Source of the DNA: Trueperaceae bacterium
GTDB taxonomy: Bacteria > Deinococcota > Deinococci > Deinococcales > Trueperaceae
Reading direction: 5' to 3'
NCBI GenBank assembly: GCA_965213705.1
Contig: OZ243913.1
Location: forward strand, 1,344,001-1,408,000
Length of the DNA stretch: 64,000 nucleotides
Positions 9,505-19,123 of this stretch are shown in pieces. Made by a program: the position numbers and the translations under genes. Every line of letters starts with the position of its first letter. The first letter of the stretch is position 1. Under the pieces are notes generated by a model. The model did not search any database. It was not told the DNA's origin and was given only the letters and a program-made list of their open reading frames with translations.

Positions 9505-10923
9505 TTAGGCCCGAGTCAATACTTTTTGCTCGTCGGCGCGCAAGGCCTCGGGGATGTAGTCGCCGTGCGCCTCCAACAACTCGTCGACTAAGTTCCAAAT
9601 CTCGTCCAGCGTGAGTTCGGCCGCCGTGTGCGGGTCGAGCATGGCGGCGTGGTAAACGTGCTCGCGCTTGCCGGTCAAAATCGCTTCGACGGTCAGCGCT
9701 TGCACGTTGATGTTGGTCTGCATCAGCGCGGCCAACTGTGGCGGCAGCGCGCCGACGTGGGTCGGTTGCAGCCCGTTTTTGTCAACCAAACAAGGCACCT
9801 CGACGACGCAGTCGGCGGGCAAGTTGTCTATCAAGTTATGGTTGGGCACGTTGCCGTAGACGACCCGCGGCGTGCCGGTTTCCAAGCTGTGGATGATTTC
9901 CGAGCCGTACTCGGGACTGCGCTTGACCGTGCCGAGGTTGGCGAAACCCTTGACCGTGCCTTTGATCATGGTGGGCATGAGCGGGGTCTGCTCGAGCACC
10001 GCCTGCAATTTGAGCGGGTCTTGCGAACCCGGCTGTTCCAGCTCGCGCTCGACGAACCCCCAGGTCGCCAGCCCCGCCTGACAACGGTACAGGTACTCGT
10101 CCAAGGGAATGTTGTAACGCTCCAACAACTCCGGATGGCTAGACTTGATAAACCAGGGCGTGTATTCGGCAAAGTGCTCGCTCGACTCGGTGACGAAGTA
10201 ACCCAAACGCTTGAACATCTCGTAGCGCACGCGGTTGTCCTCCGGCACGCGGTTTTCATTGAGCACCTTGCGAATGAGCGGATAGAGGTCTTGCCCGTCA
10301 TGTTCGAACTTCAGGTAAAACGCCATGTGGTTGATGCCCGCGGCGACGTAGTTGATGTCTTTCAAGGACACGCCGATGTCACGGGCGAGTTCCTTGGCGG
10401 TTCCTTGGACGCTGTGACACAGGCCGATGGTGGTAATGGTCGAAGCCTGGGCGAGCGCCCGGCAGTTCATCACCATCGGGTTGACGTAGTTGAGGTGCGT
10501 AACTTGCGGACACAGCCGCTCCATGTCGTGGGCCATGTCTAAGAGCACCGGAATGGTGCGCAGCGCCCGCATGATCCCGCCGATGCCGAGCGTGTCGCCG
10601 ATGGTTTGGCGCAGTCCGTACTTCTTGGGGATTTCGAAGTCGATGACGGTCGCAGGCTCATAGCCGCCGACCTGAATCATATTGATGGCGTAGTCCGCAC
10701 CGTCGAGCGCACGTTCGCGGTCGGTCGTTACCTCGAAAGTCGGCTTCACGCCCAACGTCTCGGCGATGCGCTGCCCAACGCGGTGCGACAGCTGAAGACG
10801 TTTTTCGTCGATGTCGAACAGGGTAATAGTGGACTCGGCCAACTCGGGATAACTCAAAATGTCGCCCATCAGGTTTTTGGCGAACACGGTCGAACCCGCG
10901 CCGATAAAGGTGATTTTTGGCAT
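9505..10923 (-). CDS. melA: Alpha-galactosidase, glycoside hydrolase family 4
   Basis: KITFIGAGS, QTIGDTLGIGG, NYVNPM, GLCHSVQ, GINH, TESSEH; AGAGGAG RBS before ATG 10923. Confidence 0.88.
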   Translation of the reverse strand: MPKITFIGAGSTVFAKNLMGDILSYPELAESTITLFDIDEKRLQLSHRVGQRIAETLGVKPTFEVTTDRERALDGADYAINMIQVGGYEPATVIDFEIPKKYGLRQTIGDTLGIGGIMRALRTIPVLLDMAHDMERLCPQVTHLNYVNPMVMNCRALAQASTITTIGLCHSVQGTAKELARDIGVSLKDINYVAAGINHMAFYLKFEHDGQDLYPLIRKVLNENRVPEDNRVRYEMFKRLGYFVTESSEHFAEYTPWFIKSSHPELLERYNIPLDEYLYRCQAGLATWGFVERELEQPGSQDPLKLQAVLEQTPLMPTMIKGTVKGFANLGTVKRSPEYGSEIIHSLETGTPRVVYGNVPNHNLIDNLPADCVVEVPCLVDKNGLQPTHVGALPPQLAALMQTNINVQALTVEAILTGKREHVYHAAMLDPHTAAELTLDEIWNLVDELLEAHGDYIPEALRADEQKVLTRA

Positions 10924-10925
10924 GG

Positions 10926-11696
10926 TTAAACTCCTCTTTCTACTGCTTTTTTGACTTGTCTCTCGAGCAACTGCGGAAAGCCCCGGTGCGCTGCCAGCAC
11001 GAGCAATAGGATTTCCCCGGCGTTCCACCAAAAGTGAATGGCGACGCGCGGCGCGCTCGTCAAACCGGGCACGCGGCCACACCACGATTGTAACGCCAAC
11101 AGGCCGTCGCGACCTAGCACACCGGGCAGGCTTTGGGTGACGCCCGTCGCGCTCACCCCGACGGCGCTCAGCTCGGACAAAACGGTGAAGTAACGAGCCA
11201 GCAAATAAGCGTGCTCGAGGCTGTGCAGCGTCGCCCAAGCCAATAGCGCGTAAGCCCAACCATTGCGTAAGCCCCGCGTCACCAAAAAACCAATCCCGAG
11301 CGTGACGAACAGGTTCCACGTGAAGTGAACCCACTCGGCGTTCGCCGCCGTGATGAGTCCGAGCGAGCGACCTGCGGGCCACCCCAACAGGTAATACTGG
11401 ACGACTTGTGCAACGTGTTCCAAAGTATGAAACCCCTGCGTAACGAGCAACACGCTCAGCACCGTCGCCGCAGCGCCGAGTTTGGCCGCGTCGTCGCGCC
11501 ACTTGAGGACTGCCGGAACCGCCAAAATGCCCACAGCGAGCAGGCTGGCGCTCGAGAGCGACGCCGTTTCGCTGCCGACCAAAAAGCCCCACAGCGTGAC
11601 TGCCAAGACAGCGCTCACCAAGACCAGGGGCAAGCGTCGGCCGGGGTCGAGCAGCGTCCAGAGCGGCGTGTTCAGACTGCGCGGCTCGACGCTCAC
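10926..11696 (-). CDS. Polytopic membrane protein with duplicated HxxEH...HFxWN motifs
   Basis: Several hydrophobic helices; GFHTLEH/VHFTWN and LHSLEH/IHFWWN; GTGA overlap with the upstream gene. Confidence 0.75.
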   Translation of the reverse strand: MSVEPRSLNTPLWTLLDPGRRLPLVLVSAVLAVTLWGFLVGSETASLSSASLLAVGILAVPAVLKWRDDAAKLGAAATVLSVLLVTQGFHTLEHVAQVVQYYLLGWPAGRSLGLITAANAEWVHFTWNLFVTLGIGFLVTRGLRNGWAYALLAWATLHSLEHAYLLARYFTVLSELSAVGVSATGVTQSLPGVLGRDGLLALQSWCGRVPGLTSAPRVAIHFWWNAGEILLLVLAAHRGFPQLLERQVKKAVERGV

Positions 11697-13318
11697 CGCC
11701 CCACCTCCCGCGTTACCGTCACAAGAGTACCGGCCGTGAGGCCTGCCAGTTCCGACATCGCCCCGTCGGGCCAGAGGACGCTCAAGCTCGCGGCTTTCGC
11801 ATCCTCCGGCACCCCGAAGTGAACCCGCGCCGGGTCGCCGCTCAGGTAGCCACCCCCGCTTTTGACCTCACGCAGCAGGGTTCTTTCGCCGGTGTGAAGT
11901 TTCAAAACCGCGCCGAGCGCCCAAGTATTCCCACTGTCAGGCCACGCCAAATCGACCTCGAGCCCTGTTCCCCCGCACAGTTGATTCTCGAACAAAGCTG
12001 AGGGGGTCTCGAGATTGTTGACGACGATGTCCAAGTCGCCGTCGTTGTCAAAGTCCGCCATCGTCATGCCGCGGCCGCTCTCGAGCGCGCCCAAACCCCA
12101 GTCGGGCGCGCGTTCGAAGCCCGTTTCGGTTTGCCGAAAAGCCAGGTTCGCCTCGACCAGTTCGTTGCCGGGCAGATGCGAGAAAACGTCTTTGGCAATC
12201 ATGCCGTTGACCACATAAAGGTCTAAGAGCCCGTCATTGTCGAGGTCGCCGAACGAGCCTGACCAACTCCAGCCGGTCGCGTCGAGCTTGAGGCTGTAAG
12301 CGAGGTTCTTGAAACCTTTGTCATTGCGGCTGTAGAGCGCATTTTCTTCTCGCTGCGCGTTGCGGCTCGTTTTGCGCTGGTAGCTTTTCTCCATCAGCGG
12401 CATCCAGGCGGCGAGGGCTTTTTTGTCCTTAAAGTCGGGTTTCATGTCGGTGGCGAACAGCTCGAGCCGCCCGTCGTTGTCGATGTCGCCCGTGTCGAAG
12501 CTCATGGTGTTGCGCGTGGTCTCGGCAAAAGGCTCGGCGGCGAGCCAGCCCTCGTCGGTGTTGAGAAAGGCGTAGTCCGGCACCTCGAAATCGTTGCCGA
12601 CCAAAAGGTCGGGTTTACCGTCTTCGTTTAAGTCGAACAAGGTCACAGCCAAAGCTTGCGACGTTTCGGCGAGCCGCGTTTCCTTAAACCCGCCGGGCGT
12701 GTTTTCATAAACGAACACGCCCGCGCCGCTCGAAAACAGAAAGGAATCTCTGAGCTCTTTCTCGAGCAGCGTGTCGTAAGACGCGGTGACCAGGTCTAAG
12801 TCCCCGTCCGCGTCGAGGTCGCCCCACACGAACGTGTAAGCCTTGCGGGTGACGCCGCGCAGAGTGTCTTGTTTGAACGTTCCTTGCACATTTCTCCAGT
12901 AACTCAAGCTACCCAAACTTTGCGTAAACACGATGTCGAGGAAACCGTCGCCGTCTACGTCTACGAGTTGGACGGCCCTCGAGTCCCCGTAACCCAGCTC
13001 TTCTTTGCGGAAAAACAAGTTTCCCTCGTTCCACAAAACGGAGTTCGCACCCTCGAGGTTCGCCAAGACGATGTCCAAGTCACCGTCGTCGTCCAAGTCG
13101 CCCGCCGCCACGCCCGCGCCGTTGGAATCGTAAAAGGTGACTTCCAAACCGTGGGCGCGGGTAGTGTGCTCGAGCGCGTGCTTGACGAACGTGCCCGAGC
13201 AGGTGCTGGGCTCGAGCGGTGTTACGCCGATACTGACCGGTACAGTGACAGGTTGTGCATAAACTGCCGTCATAAAATACAAAAGTCCTGTGAGGGTGAA
13301 GTGTTTTAGAGTCGCCAT
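11693..13318 (-). CDS. CRTAC1 / ASPIC-UnbV family secreted FG-GAP repeat protein
   Basis: Signal peptide; about 7 GDxDxDGxxD repeats; C-terminal GGGYLS...HFG...V.WPDG ASPIC/UnbV signature. Confidence 0.9.
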   Translation of the reverse strand: MATLKHFTLTGLLYFMTAVYAQPVTVPVSIGVTPLEPSTCSGTFVKHALEHTTRAHGLEVTFYDSNGAGVAAGDLDDDGDLDIVLANLEGANSVLWNEGNLFFRKEELGYGDSRAVQLVDVDGDGFLDIVFTQSLGSLSYWRNVQGTFKQDTLRGVTRKAYTFVWGDLDADGDLDLVTASYDTLLEKELRDSFLFSSGAGVFVYENTPGGFKETRLAETSQALAVTLFDLNEDGKPDLLVGNDFEVPDYAFLNTDEGWLAAEPFAETTRNTMSFDTGDIDNDGRLELFATDMKPDFKDKKALAAWMPLMEKSYQRKTSRNAQREENALYSRNDKGFKNLAYSLKLDATGWSWSGSFGDLDNDGLLDLYVVNGMIAKDVFSHLPGNELVEANLAFRQTETGFERAPDWGLGALESGRGMTMADFDNDGDLDIVVNNLETPSALFENQLCGGTGLEVDLAWPDSGNTWALGAVLKLHTGERTLLREVKSGGGYLSGDPARVHFGVPEDAKAASLSVLWPDGAMSELAGLTAGTLVTVTREVGR

Positions 13319-13328
13319 AGGTAAGGTC

Positions 13329-13351
13329 GGGGCGCACGTCCGGTGCGCCCC
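13329..13351 (-). other. GC hairpin just downstream of the SBP gene (likely mRNA-stabilising; no U-tract)
   Basis: GGGGCGCAC-N5-GTGCGCCCC. Confidence 0.55.
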
Positions 13352-13358
13352 TCGAGGG

Positions 13359-14654
13359 TTAGAACAGGTCGTTGATTTCTTCGTTGGCAGCGGGCAACGC
13401 GGTGGCTGCGTCCTCTTGACCGAGCAGGATGCTCTGCATCGTGCTGGTCATGATTTCGGAAACCTGCGAGGCGTAGTCGGTGACCGGAAACAAGAAAGTC
13501 GCTCCTTCGATTTCGGTCAGGTTCGTAAAGGCGGAAACGTCCACGCCGTTCTCTTGGTAAGCGGCTTCAGCGATAGCCACCGCCTCGGGAATGGCGGGAA
13601 AGACCACCGCGTACGCGCCGACCACGTCTTGGCAAGCGGGCGAGCCCAGGTACTTGACCCACTCCCAGGCCGCGTCCTGGTTGTCGGTGCCGACCCAGAT
13701 GGAGTCCGCCAGGCCGTTGAACATGCTCTTTTTCCCCTCAGGCCCCGCGGGAACCGAAGCGAAGCCGACCGGAAACTCCGAGCTGTTCCGGTTCGTGCCG
13801 ATGTTCCAAGACCCGTCGGTCATGAGCGCGCCCTGGCCGGCGGCGAACAGGGCGTTTTTGCCCAAAGCGCTGACCTCCTCATAACTGGGCGCGTAACCTT
13901 TGTCGATGAGGCCTTTGTACCACTGAATTGTGGCGATAAAGCGCGGGTCGTCGTAGTGATACTCCTCGGCATAAAGGTCGTCGATAAACTTCCAACCCAG
14001 CGAAGCCGCGAAAGGGCTCCACTGCGTCTGTCCGTAGGCGTCGGCACCGTCCGTGGCGAGGTAGCCGTACTGCACGACGTTGCTAGGGTCGAAGTCGGGT
14101 GAGAGGCCGTCGTTGCCGTTGGCGTCGATGGAAAGCCGGGCGACGATGTCGGTGAAGGTGCCGCCGTCTTCGGGGTTCCAGGTGGCGTTGTTGAGTTCTT
14201 CGACCGTCACGCCCGCCGCGTCCAGCATGTTCTGGTTGTAAGCGACCGCGATGGTGTCCCAGTCTTTGGGCAAACCGTAGCGCGCGCCGTCGCGCGTCCA
14301 CAAGTCGGCTAAGCCCTCGAGATAAACCCCTGTGTCGACACTGTCGCGCTCGACCAGCGGCTGGAGGTCGACGAGTTGCTGGTTGGCTGCGAATTCAGGA
14401 TAGCGGGCCAAGTGGTTGGTGAACACGTCCGGCGCGGTGCCCGAGACGAAGCCGGTGGTGATGCCGCCCCAGTAGTCGCCCCAGCCCTGCTGGGTGATGT
14501 TGACCTGAATGTCGGGGTTGGCCTCCGTGAAGTTGGTGGCACATTCCTGATAGGCGGGTTGCTGGTTGGCGTCCCAGAGCCAGTAGTCGATTTGCGTTTG
14601 GGCGAGTGCGGCGCTCAAACCCAGCGACGCGACGAGTAGTAGCAATTTCTTCAT
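13359..14654 (-). CDS. Sugar ABC transporter substrate-binding protein
   Basis: Signal peptide; GTAPDVF, YGLPKDWDT, AAWEWVKYL; GGAGG RBS. Confidence 0.92.
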   Translation of the reverse strand: MKKLLLLVASLGLSAALAQTQIDYWLWDANQQPAYQECATNFTEANPDIQVNITQQGWGDYWGGITTGFVSGTAPDVFTNHLARYPEFAANQQLVDLQPLVERDSVDTGVYLEGLADLWTRDGARYGLPKDWDTIAVAYNQNMLDAAGVTVEELNNATWNPEDGGTFTDIVARLSIDANGNDGLSPDFDPSNVVQYGYLATDGADAYGQTQWSPFAASLGWKFIDDLYAEEYHYDDPRFIATIQWYKGLIDKGYAPSYEEVSALGKNALFAAGQGALMTDGSWNIGTNRNSSEFPVGFASVPAGPEGKKSMFNGLADSIWVGTDNQDAAWEWVKYLGSPACQDVVGAYAVVFPAIPEAVAIAEAAYQENGVDVSAFTNLTEIEGATFLFPVTDYASQVSEIMTSTMQSILLGQEDAATALPAANEEINDLF

Positions 14655-14773
14655 GCTTCCTCCTTGTTTTGCAAACTCCCCTTTGGTTTTGGATTTCCAG
14701 AGTGGGAGACGTTGCCTGAAGTTGAGTCATTCGTTTTTCGACGAAGAACAAATCGCGAGATATGAATGACCTC

Positions 14774-15676
14774 CTACTTGAGCCCACTGAACTGCAACGA
14801 GTTGATAACTTGCCGCCCCAGCACGATGAGCAAGATGAACACCGGGATGATGCTTAGGAACGTGCCCGCCATCAGTCCGGTCCAGTCGGGCGCGCCTTGC
14901 GGGGTTTGGGTGCGGAAAAACTGCAAAGCCACGGTCAGCACGCGCACGTCCGCGTCTTTGCCGACTAAGAACGGCCAGAAAAATTCGTTCCACATGCCGA
15001 TGCTGGTCAAAATCACGAGGGTGATGATGGGCGTGCGGCTGATGGGCAAGATAATTCGCCAGAAGGTGCCGAAGGGCGACGAGCCGTCGAGTTCGGCGGC
15101 TTCCTCGAGCGCTTTGGGAATGCCCAAAAAGAACTGCCGCAGAAAAAACACCGCGAAGGGCGACATCAGAAAAAAGGGCGCGACCATGCCCGCGTAGGTG
15201 TTGAGCCAGCCCAAATTTTTCACCAGGATGAAGTTCGGAATAAAGAGCACAATTCCGGGCACCATCAGCGCGGACAGGTACAGAAAAAACAGGGCCTCGC
15301 GCCCGACGAACTTGAGCCGAGCGAACGCGTAAGCGGCCATCGCGCAGAAAAAAGTTTGGCCGACGACGATAATCGTCGTGAAGATGACCGAGTTGCCCAT
15401 CGCGCGTAAAAAGTTGATGTTGCCGCTCGAGCCGCCCGCGGCCACGCTCTCTTCGACACTCACAAAACCCATCACGCGGCGGAAGTTGAAAAGTGTCGGG
15501 TCGTTGGGAAAGAGGTCTCTGACGCTTCCGAACAGTTCGCGCTGCGGAATGAGCGCGGTCTTCAACACGATATAGATAGGGAACAGCGTGAGCAGGATGA
15601 GCAAAATGAGCAGCGCCCAGGTGAGAATGCGCCCGACGCCCCAACGCTTCTCGCTTACGGTGTTAGCAGAATCCAC
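14774..15676 (-). CDS. Carbohydrate ABC transporter permease (MalG-like)
   Basis: IPKALEEAAELDG EAA loop; WNEFFWP. Confidence 0.93.
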   Translation of the reverse strand: MDSANTVSEKRWGVGRILTWALLILLILLTLFPIYIVLKTALIPQRELFGSVRDLFPNDPTLFNFRRVMGFVSVEESVAAGGSSGNINFLRAMGNSVIFTTIIVVGQTFFCAMAAYAFARLKFVGREALFFLYLSALMVPGIVLFIPNFILVKNLGWLNTYAGMVAPFFLMSPFAVFFLRQFFLGIPKALEEAAELDGSSPFGTFWRIILPISRTPIITLVILTSIGMWNEFFWPFLVGKDADVRVLTVALQFFRTQTPQGAPDWTGLMAGTFLSIIPVFILLIVLGRQVINSLQFSGLK

Positions 15677-15686
15677 AGTAACCTCC

Positions 15687-16622
15687 TTACGCCAAGTCCG
15701 ATTCGTCGCCGCGCAGGATGCGCATCTGCAGAATCGTGATGACGACGAGAATAAGAAACAGCACCACCGACATCGCCGTGGCGTAGCCCATGCGGAAAAA
15801 CTCGAACGCGTTTTGATAGATGTAGTAGACGATGACGCGGGTCGCGTCCACCGGGCCGCCTTGCGTGGTCACGGCGACCGTGTCGAAAATCTGCACCGAA
15901 CCCACGACGGAGGTGACCAACACGAACACCATGACCGGGCGCAGCAACGGCAGCGTGATGTTGCGGAACATGCGCCACTCGCCCGCGCCGTCGATGGTGG
16001 CGGCTTCGTACAGAGACTTGGGAATGCCCTGGATGCCCGCGTAAAAAAGCAGCGCGTTGAAACCCATGTGCCGCCAGATGTTGATGCCCGCAATCGTCGG
16101 CAGCGCCTGCGCAAAAGACCCGAAAAAAGGCTGCCGGTCGATGCCCAAGTAGCCCAGCAATACGTTGCCGTAACCCAACAACGGGTCGAGCAGCCACAGC
16201 CAAATAAGCGCGACGATGACGTTCGAGAGCAAGTAGGGCAACACAAAAATGCCGCGCACGAGGATGGACTTCGCCACGCGGTCCATCACCACGGCGATGA
16301 ACAAACCGAGCACGGTTTGAAAGGGGATGTTGTAAAGCACGTAGAGCCCGGTGACCTTTAGGGCATTCCAGAACTTGGGGTCGGTGAACAGCTCTTGGTA
16401 GTTCTCGAGCCCCACGCTTTTGGGCGCGCGGAGCAAGTTCCACTCGGTAAAAGAAATCTGCACCGCCCGAACTGAGGGGATGGCGAAAAACAGCAAAAAC
16501 CCGATCAAGCTCGGCAAGATGAACAGGTATGCGGTGACGGCTTCTTGCGTGAACAGCTTTCTGGGCCCACCCTGTCGTTTGGCACCTTGCGCTCTTCCAA
16601 TCGCTCGTGTATCCGTCGCCAT
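15687..16622 (-). CDS. Carbohydrate ABC transporter permease (MalF-like)
   Basis: GLENY, IPKSLYEAATIDGA, FRMGYATA; start inferred at ATG 16622 after GGGAG. Confidence 0.92.
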   Translation of the reverse strand: MATDTRAIGRAQGAKRQGGPRKLFTQEAVTAYLFILPSLIGFLLFFAIPSVRAVQISFTEWNLLRAPKSVGLENYQELFTDPKFWNALKVTGLYVLYNIPFQTVLGLFIAVVMDRVAKSILVRGIFVLPYLLSNVIVALIWLWLLDPLLGYGNVLLGYLGIDRQPFFGSFAQALPTIAGINIWRHMGFNALLFYAGIQGIPKSLYEAATIDGAGEWRMFRNITLPLLRPVMVFVLVTSVVGSVQIFDTVAVTTQGGPVDATRVIVYYIYQNAFEFFRMGYATAMSVVLFLILVVITILQMRILRGDESDLA

Positions 16623-16653
16623 AGCACTCCCTCGCTCGAGCCCCACCAGAGAC

Positions 16654-16716
16654 TTAGTTAACGCGTTTTACTAACTCGTGTAAAGCACAATAACAATGCC
16701 GCTCACATTTTGTCAA
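16654..16716 (-). promoter_or_regulatory. Sigma70 promoter and candidate LacI-type operator of the alpha-galactoside operon
   Basis: TTGACA (16716-16711), 18-nt spacer, TGnTATTGT (-10 at 16692-16687); imperfect palindrome TTAGTTAACGCGTTTTACTAA at 16654-16674, downstream of the -10. Confidence 0.65.
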
Positions 16717-16779
16717 GCCTGCCCTTGAACCCTCTTTTCCTGAACTTGTGTGAGACTGAACGCGGCTGAAGAGAATCCT

Positions 16780-18480
16780 TTACTTCGGTTTGAGTTTTTC
16801 CAAAAAAGCCGCGCCGCTCGCGGCGGTGTTGGCGATGTCCGCAGGTCTGAGCCCGGCTTTACGCGCCATCAACACGCCGTAGTACACGTCGTCGTAGCCG
16901 TTCGTGTGGTGCGCGTCGGGATTTATCGAAAAGGTGCAGCCCCGTTCTTTAGCCCGGATAACCCAGCGCCAGTCCATGTCGAGGCGGTGGGGACTGGCGT
17001 TGATTTCGACGACGGTGCCGGTTTCGGCGCACGCTTCGATGACGGCCGCCTGGTCGAGCGCGTAACCGGGGCGGCGCAGCACCAGCCGCCCGGTCGGGTG
17101 CGCGAGGATGGTGGCGTGTGGGTTCTGCACGGCTTTGATGATGCGCTCGGTCTGGTCGCGTTCCGACAACGTGAAGTTCTGGTGGACGCTCACCACCGCG
17201 TAGTCGAGGGTCGCCAACACCTCGTCGGGATAGTCGAGGCTGCCGTCGCTCAGGATGTCGACTTCTAGCCCGTGCAACAGTTCGAAATCGCTGCCCTCGG
17301 CGCGAAGTTCTGCGCGGATTTCATTGACTTCCCGCGCCTGCGCGTACACCCGCTCGATGCTTAGGCCGTTGGCGTAGTAAGACGCGCGTGAGTGGTCGGC
17401 CATCGCCAGATAAGCGTACCCGCGTTCCCGCGCCGCCGCGACCATCTCGCGAATTGAAAACGCCGCGTCCGACCAGGTCGAGTGGTTGTGGACCAGCCCG
17501 CGCACGTCGCTCAAGGTGATGAGGTCGGGAACGGGCTCGGGGTTTGCCGTTTCACGGCGTTCGGGGACGATAAAGGGCAGCTCGAGCCGCTGCAACACGT
17601 CTTTTTCCTCGGGGGTCGCAACGAGGTCGTCGCCTTGAAAAAGACCTCTGTCCGACAAGCTATAGCCTCGTTCGGCGGCACGCTCGCGAATCATCTTCCG
17701 GTACTCGTCACCCCCCGTTTGAACGAGCAAAGCTGCGCCGAGTTGGGCTTCATCTATAACGGTGATGTGCAACTCACGCCCCTCGACGGTTGCGCTTATT
17801 TGAGTTTCGGACTGCTCATGAATCTCGGCGACAGCTTTCAAAGCCTCCGCTACCTCTTGAAGCGTCGCCCCCAACACGATGAGGTCTAGGTCGCCGACGG
17901 TCTCGAGCCCGCGCCGCAAACTGCCTGCGGGTTCGACGCGCGCCTCGGGTAAAGCCGTTTCTAAGACCTCGGTGACCACGCCCCCGAGGAGTTCCGCCAC
18001 GTCTATCCGCATTCTTTTTTGGGCTTCTACGGCGAACTCTGCGCCCGCCAAGATACTCGCCGCGCTCTTCGCGCCGAACCCTTTGAGCGCGGCGACGCGG
18101 CCGTCTTGCACGGCGGCGACCAAGTCTTCCAAACTTTCAATGCCTTCGCGCCACAGCGCTCCGACCTTTTTCGCGCCCAAACCCGACACCCGGAACAAAC
18201 TGCGCACGCCTTCGGGTACTTGCGCGCGCAACTCGTCCAGAATCGGCAGGGCGTCCTGGCTCTCGAGGGCGTAAAGCTCCTGCGCCAAGCCCTGACCGAT
18301 GCCGCGAATTTTTGTCAAGCGGCGCGTTTCGAACAGCTCGGCAAAGTCGCCCTCGAACCCCTCGAGCTGCCGCGCCGCGGTCTGGTAGGCCTTGGCGCGA
18401 AACGGGTCTTCGCCCAACACGTCGAGGAGTCGGGCGGCTTCTTTGAGTTGCGAGGTGACGGCCTTTTTACTCGTTTCCAT
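16780..18480 (-). CDS. polX: DNA polymerase X family protein with PHP exonuclease domain
   Basis: HhH motifs (IRGIG, VSGLGAKK, LKGFG), AGSLRR..VGDLD; PHP motifs HNHSTWSD, DHS, HPTGR, DAH. Confidence 0.93.
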   Translation of the reverse strand: METSKKAVTSQLKEAARLLDVLGEDPFRAKAYQTAARQLEGFEGDFAELFETRRLTKIRGIGQGLAQELYALESQDALPILDELRAQVPEGVRSLFRVSGLGAKKVGALWREGIESLEDLVAAVQDGRVAALKGFGAKSAASILAGAEFAVEAQKRMRIDVAELLGGVVTEVLETALPEARVEPAGSLRRGLETVGDLDLIVLGATLQEVAEALKAVAEIHEQSETQISATVEGRELHITVIDEAQLGAALLVQTGGDEYRKMIRERAAERGYSLSDRGLFQGDDLVATPEEKDVLQRLELPFIVPERRETANPEPVPDLITLSDVRGLVHNHSTWSDAAFSIREMVAAARERGYAYLAMADHSRASYYANGLSIERVYAQAREVNEIRAELRAEGSDFELLHGLEVDILSDGSLDYPDEVLATLDYAVVSVHQNFTLSERDQTERIIKAVQNPHATILAHPTGRLVLRRPGYALDQAAVIEACAETGTVVEINASPHRLDMDWRWVIRAKERGCTFSINPDAHHTNGYDDVYYGVLMARKAGLRPADIANTAASGAAFLEKLKPK

Positions 18481-18527
18481 AGCTGCTATTGTACGGCTGT
18501 TGTAAGCCCGTGTTGAGGGAGGCCAGC

Positions 18528-19046
18528 TTGAAACGACGTTTGGACGTTCGACCCTTGGACACCGCCGACCCGCTCGTCGGGCGCTGGCTCGCGTACCACG
18601 CCCAGAGCCGCGAGCGCACCCTGGGCGCGGTCGCAGGTTTGGACGCCGCGGATTTGGACAAAACCGGTGCCGGGGGGTCGAACAGCGTCGGCACGCTGCT
18701 CTACCACATCGCCGCGATAGAGATGGACTGGCTCTACGCCGAGATTTTGGAGCAAGACGTCCCGGCGGAGGTGCTCGAGCACTTTCCCTTTGATGTACGT
18801 GACGCCGACGACCGGCTCACGCCCGTAAAGGGCTGGACCCTGGAGCGTCATTTGGGCCTGCTCGAGCGCACCCGCCTCATTTTCGTCAACACGTTGCGGC
18901 CCTTCAGCGCGGACGAGTTCACGCGCGCCCGCACCCTGCCCGACTACGACGTGACGCCCGAGTGGGTATGTCTGCACTTGCTCCAACACGAGTCCGCGCA
19001 CCGCGGGCAAATGGTGAGTCTGCTAGCGAACCTCACGGCGGCTTAA
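18528..19046 (+). CDS. DinB/DUF664-family protein
   Basis: NSVGTLLYHIAAIEMDW and HLLQHESAHRGQ; TTG start after GGAGG. Confidence 0.85.
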   Translation: MKRRLDVRPLDTADPLVGRWLAYHAQSRERTLGAVAGLDAADLDKTGAGGSNSVGTLLYHIAAIEMDWLYAEILEQDVPAEVLEHFPFDVRDADDRLTPVKGWTLERHLGLLERTRLIFVNTLRPFSADEFTRARTLPDYDVTPEWVCLHLLQHESAHRGQMVSLLANLTAA

Positions 19047-19123
19047 TGCTCGGCAAGGGCGCGCCGAAGTCGTGGTAAGTTGGGTGGCACGGTGCGCAAG
19101 CACTTCAAAATCGGGAGGTTGAC

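Noticed and set aside
9505..11592. 695-aa ORF-track call as a fusion protein
   Set aside because: The N-terminal extension is an alternative frame over the membrane-protein gene; melA starts at 10923 with a strong RBS
11693..13318. Enediyne biosynthetic cluster because of the UnbV domain
   Set aside because: No PKS, thioesterase or UnbL/UnbU-like gene in the window
16693..16712. lac-operator-like AAATGTGAGCGG as vector contamination
   Set aside because: Only a half-site inside a native promoter spacer, with no other vector sequence; at most a second LacI-type site
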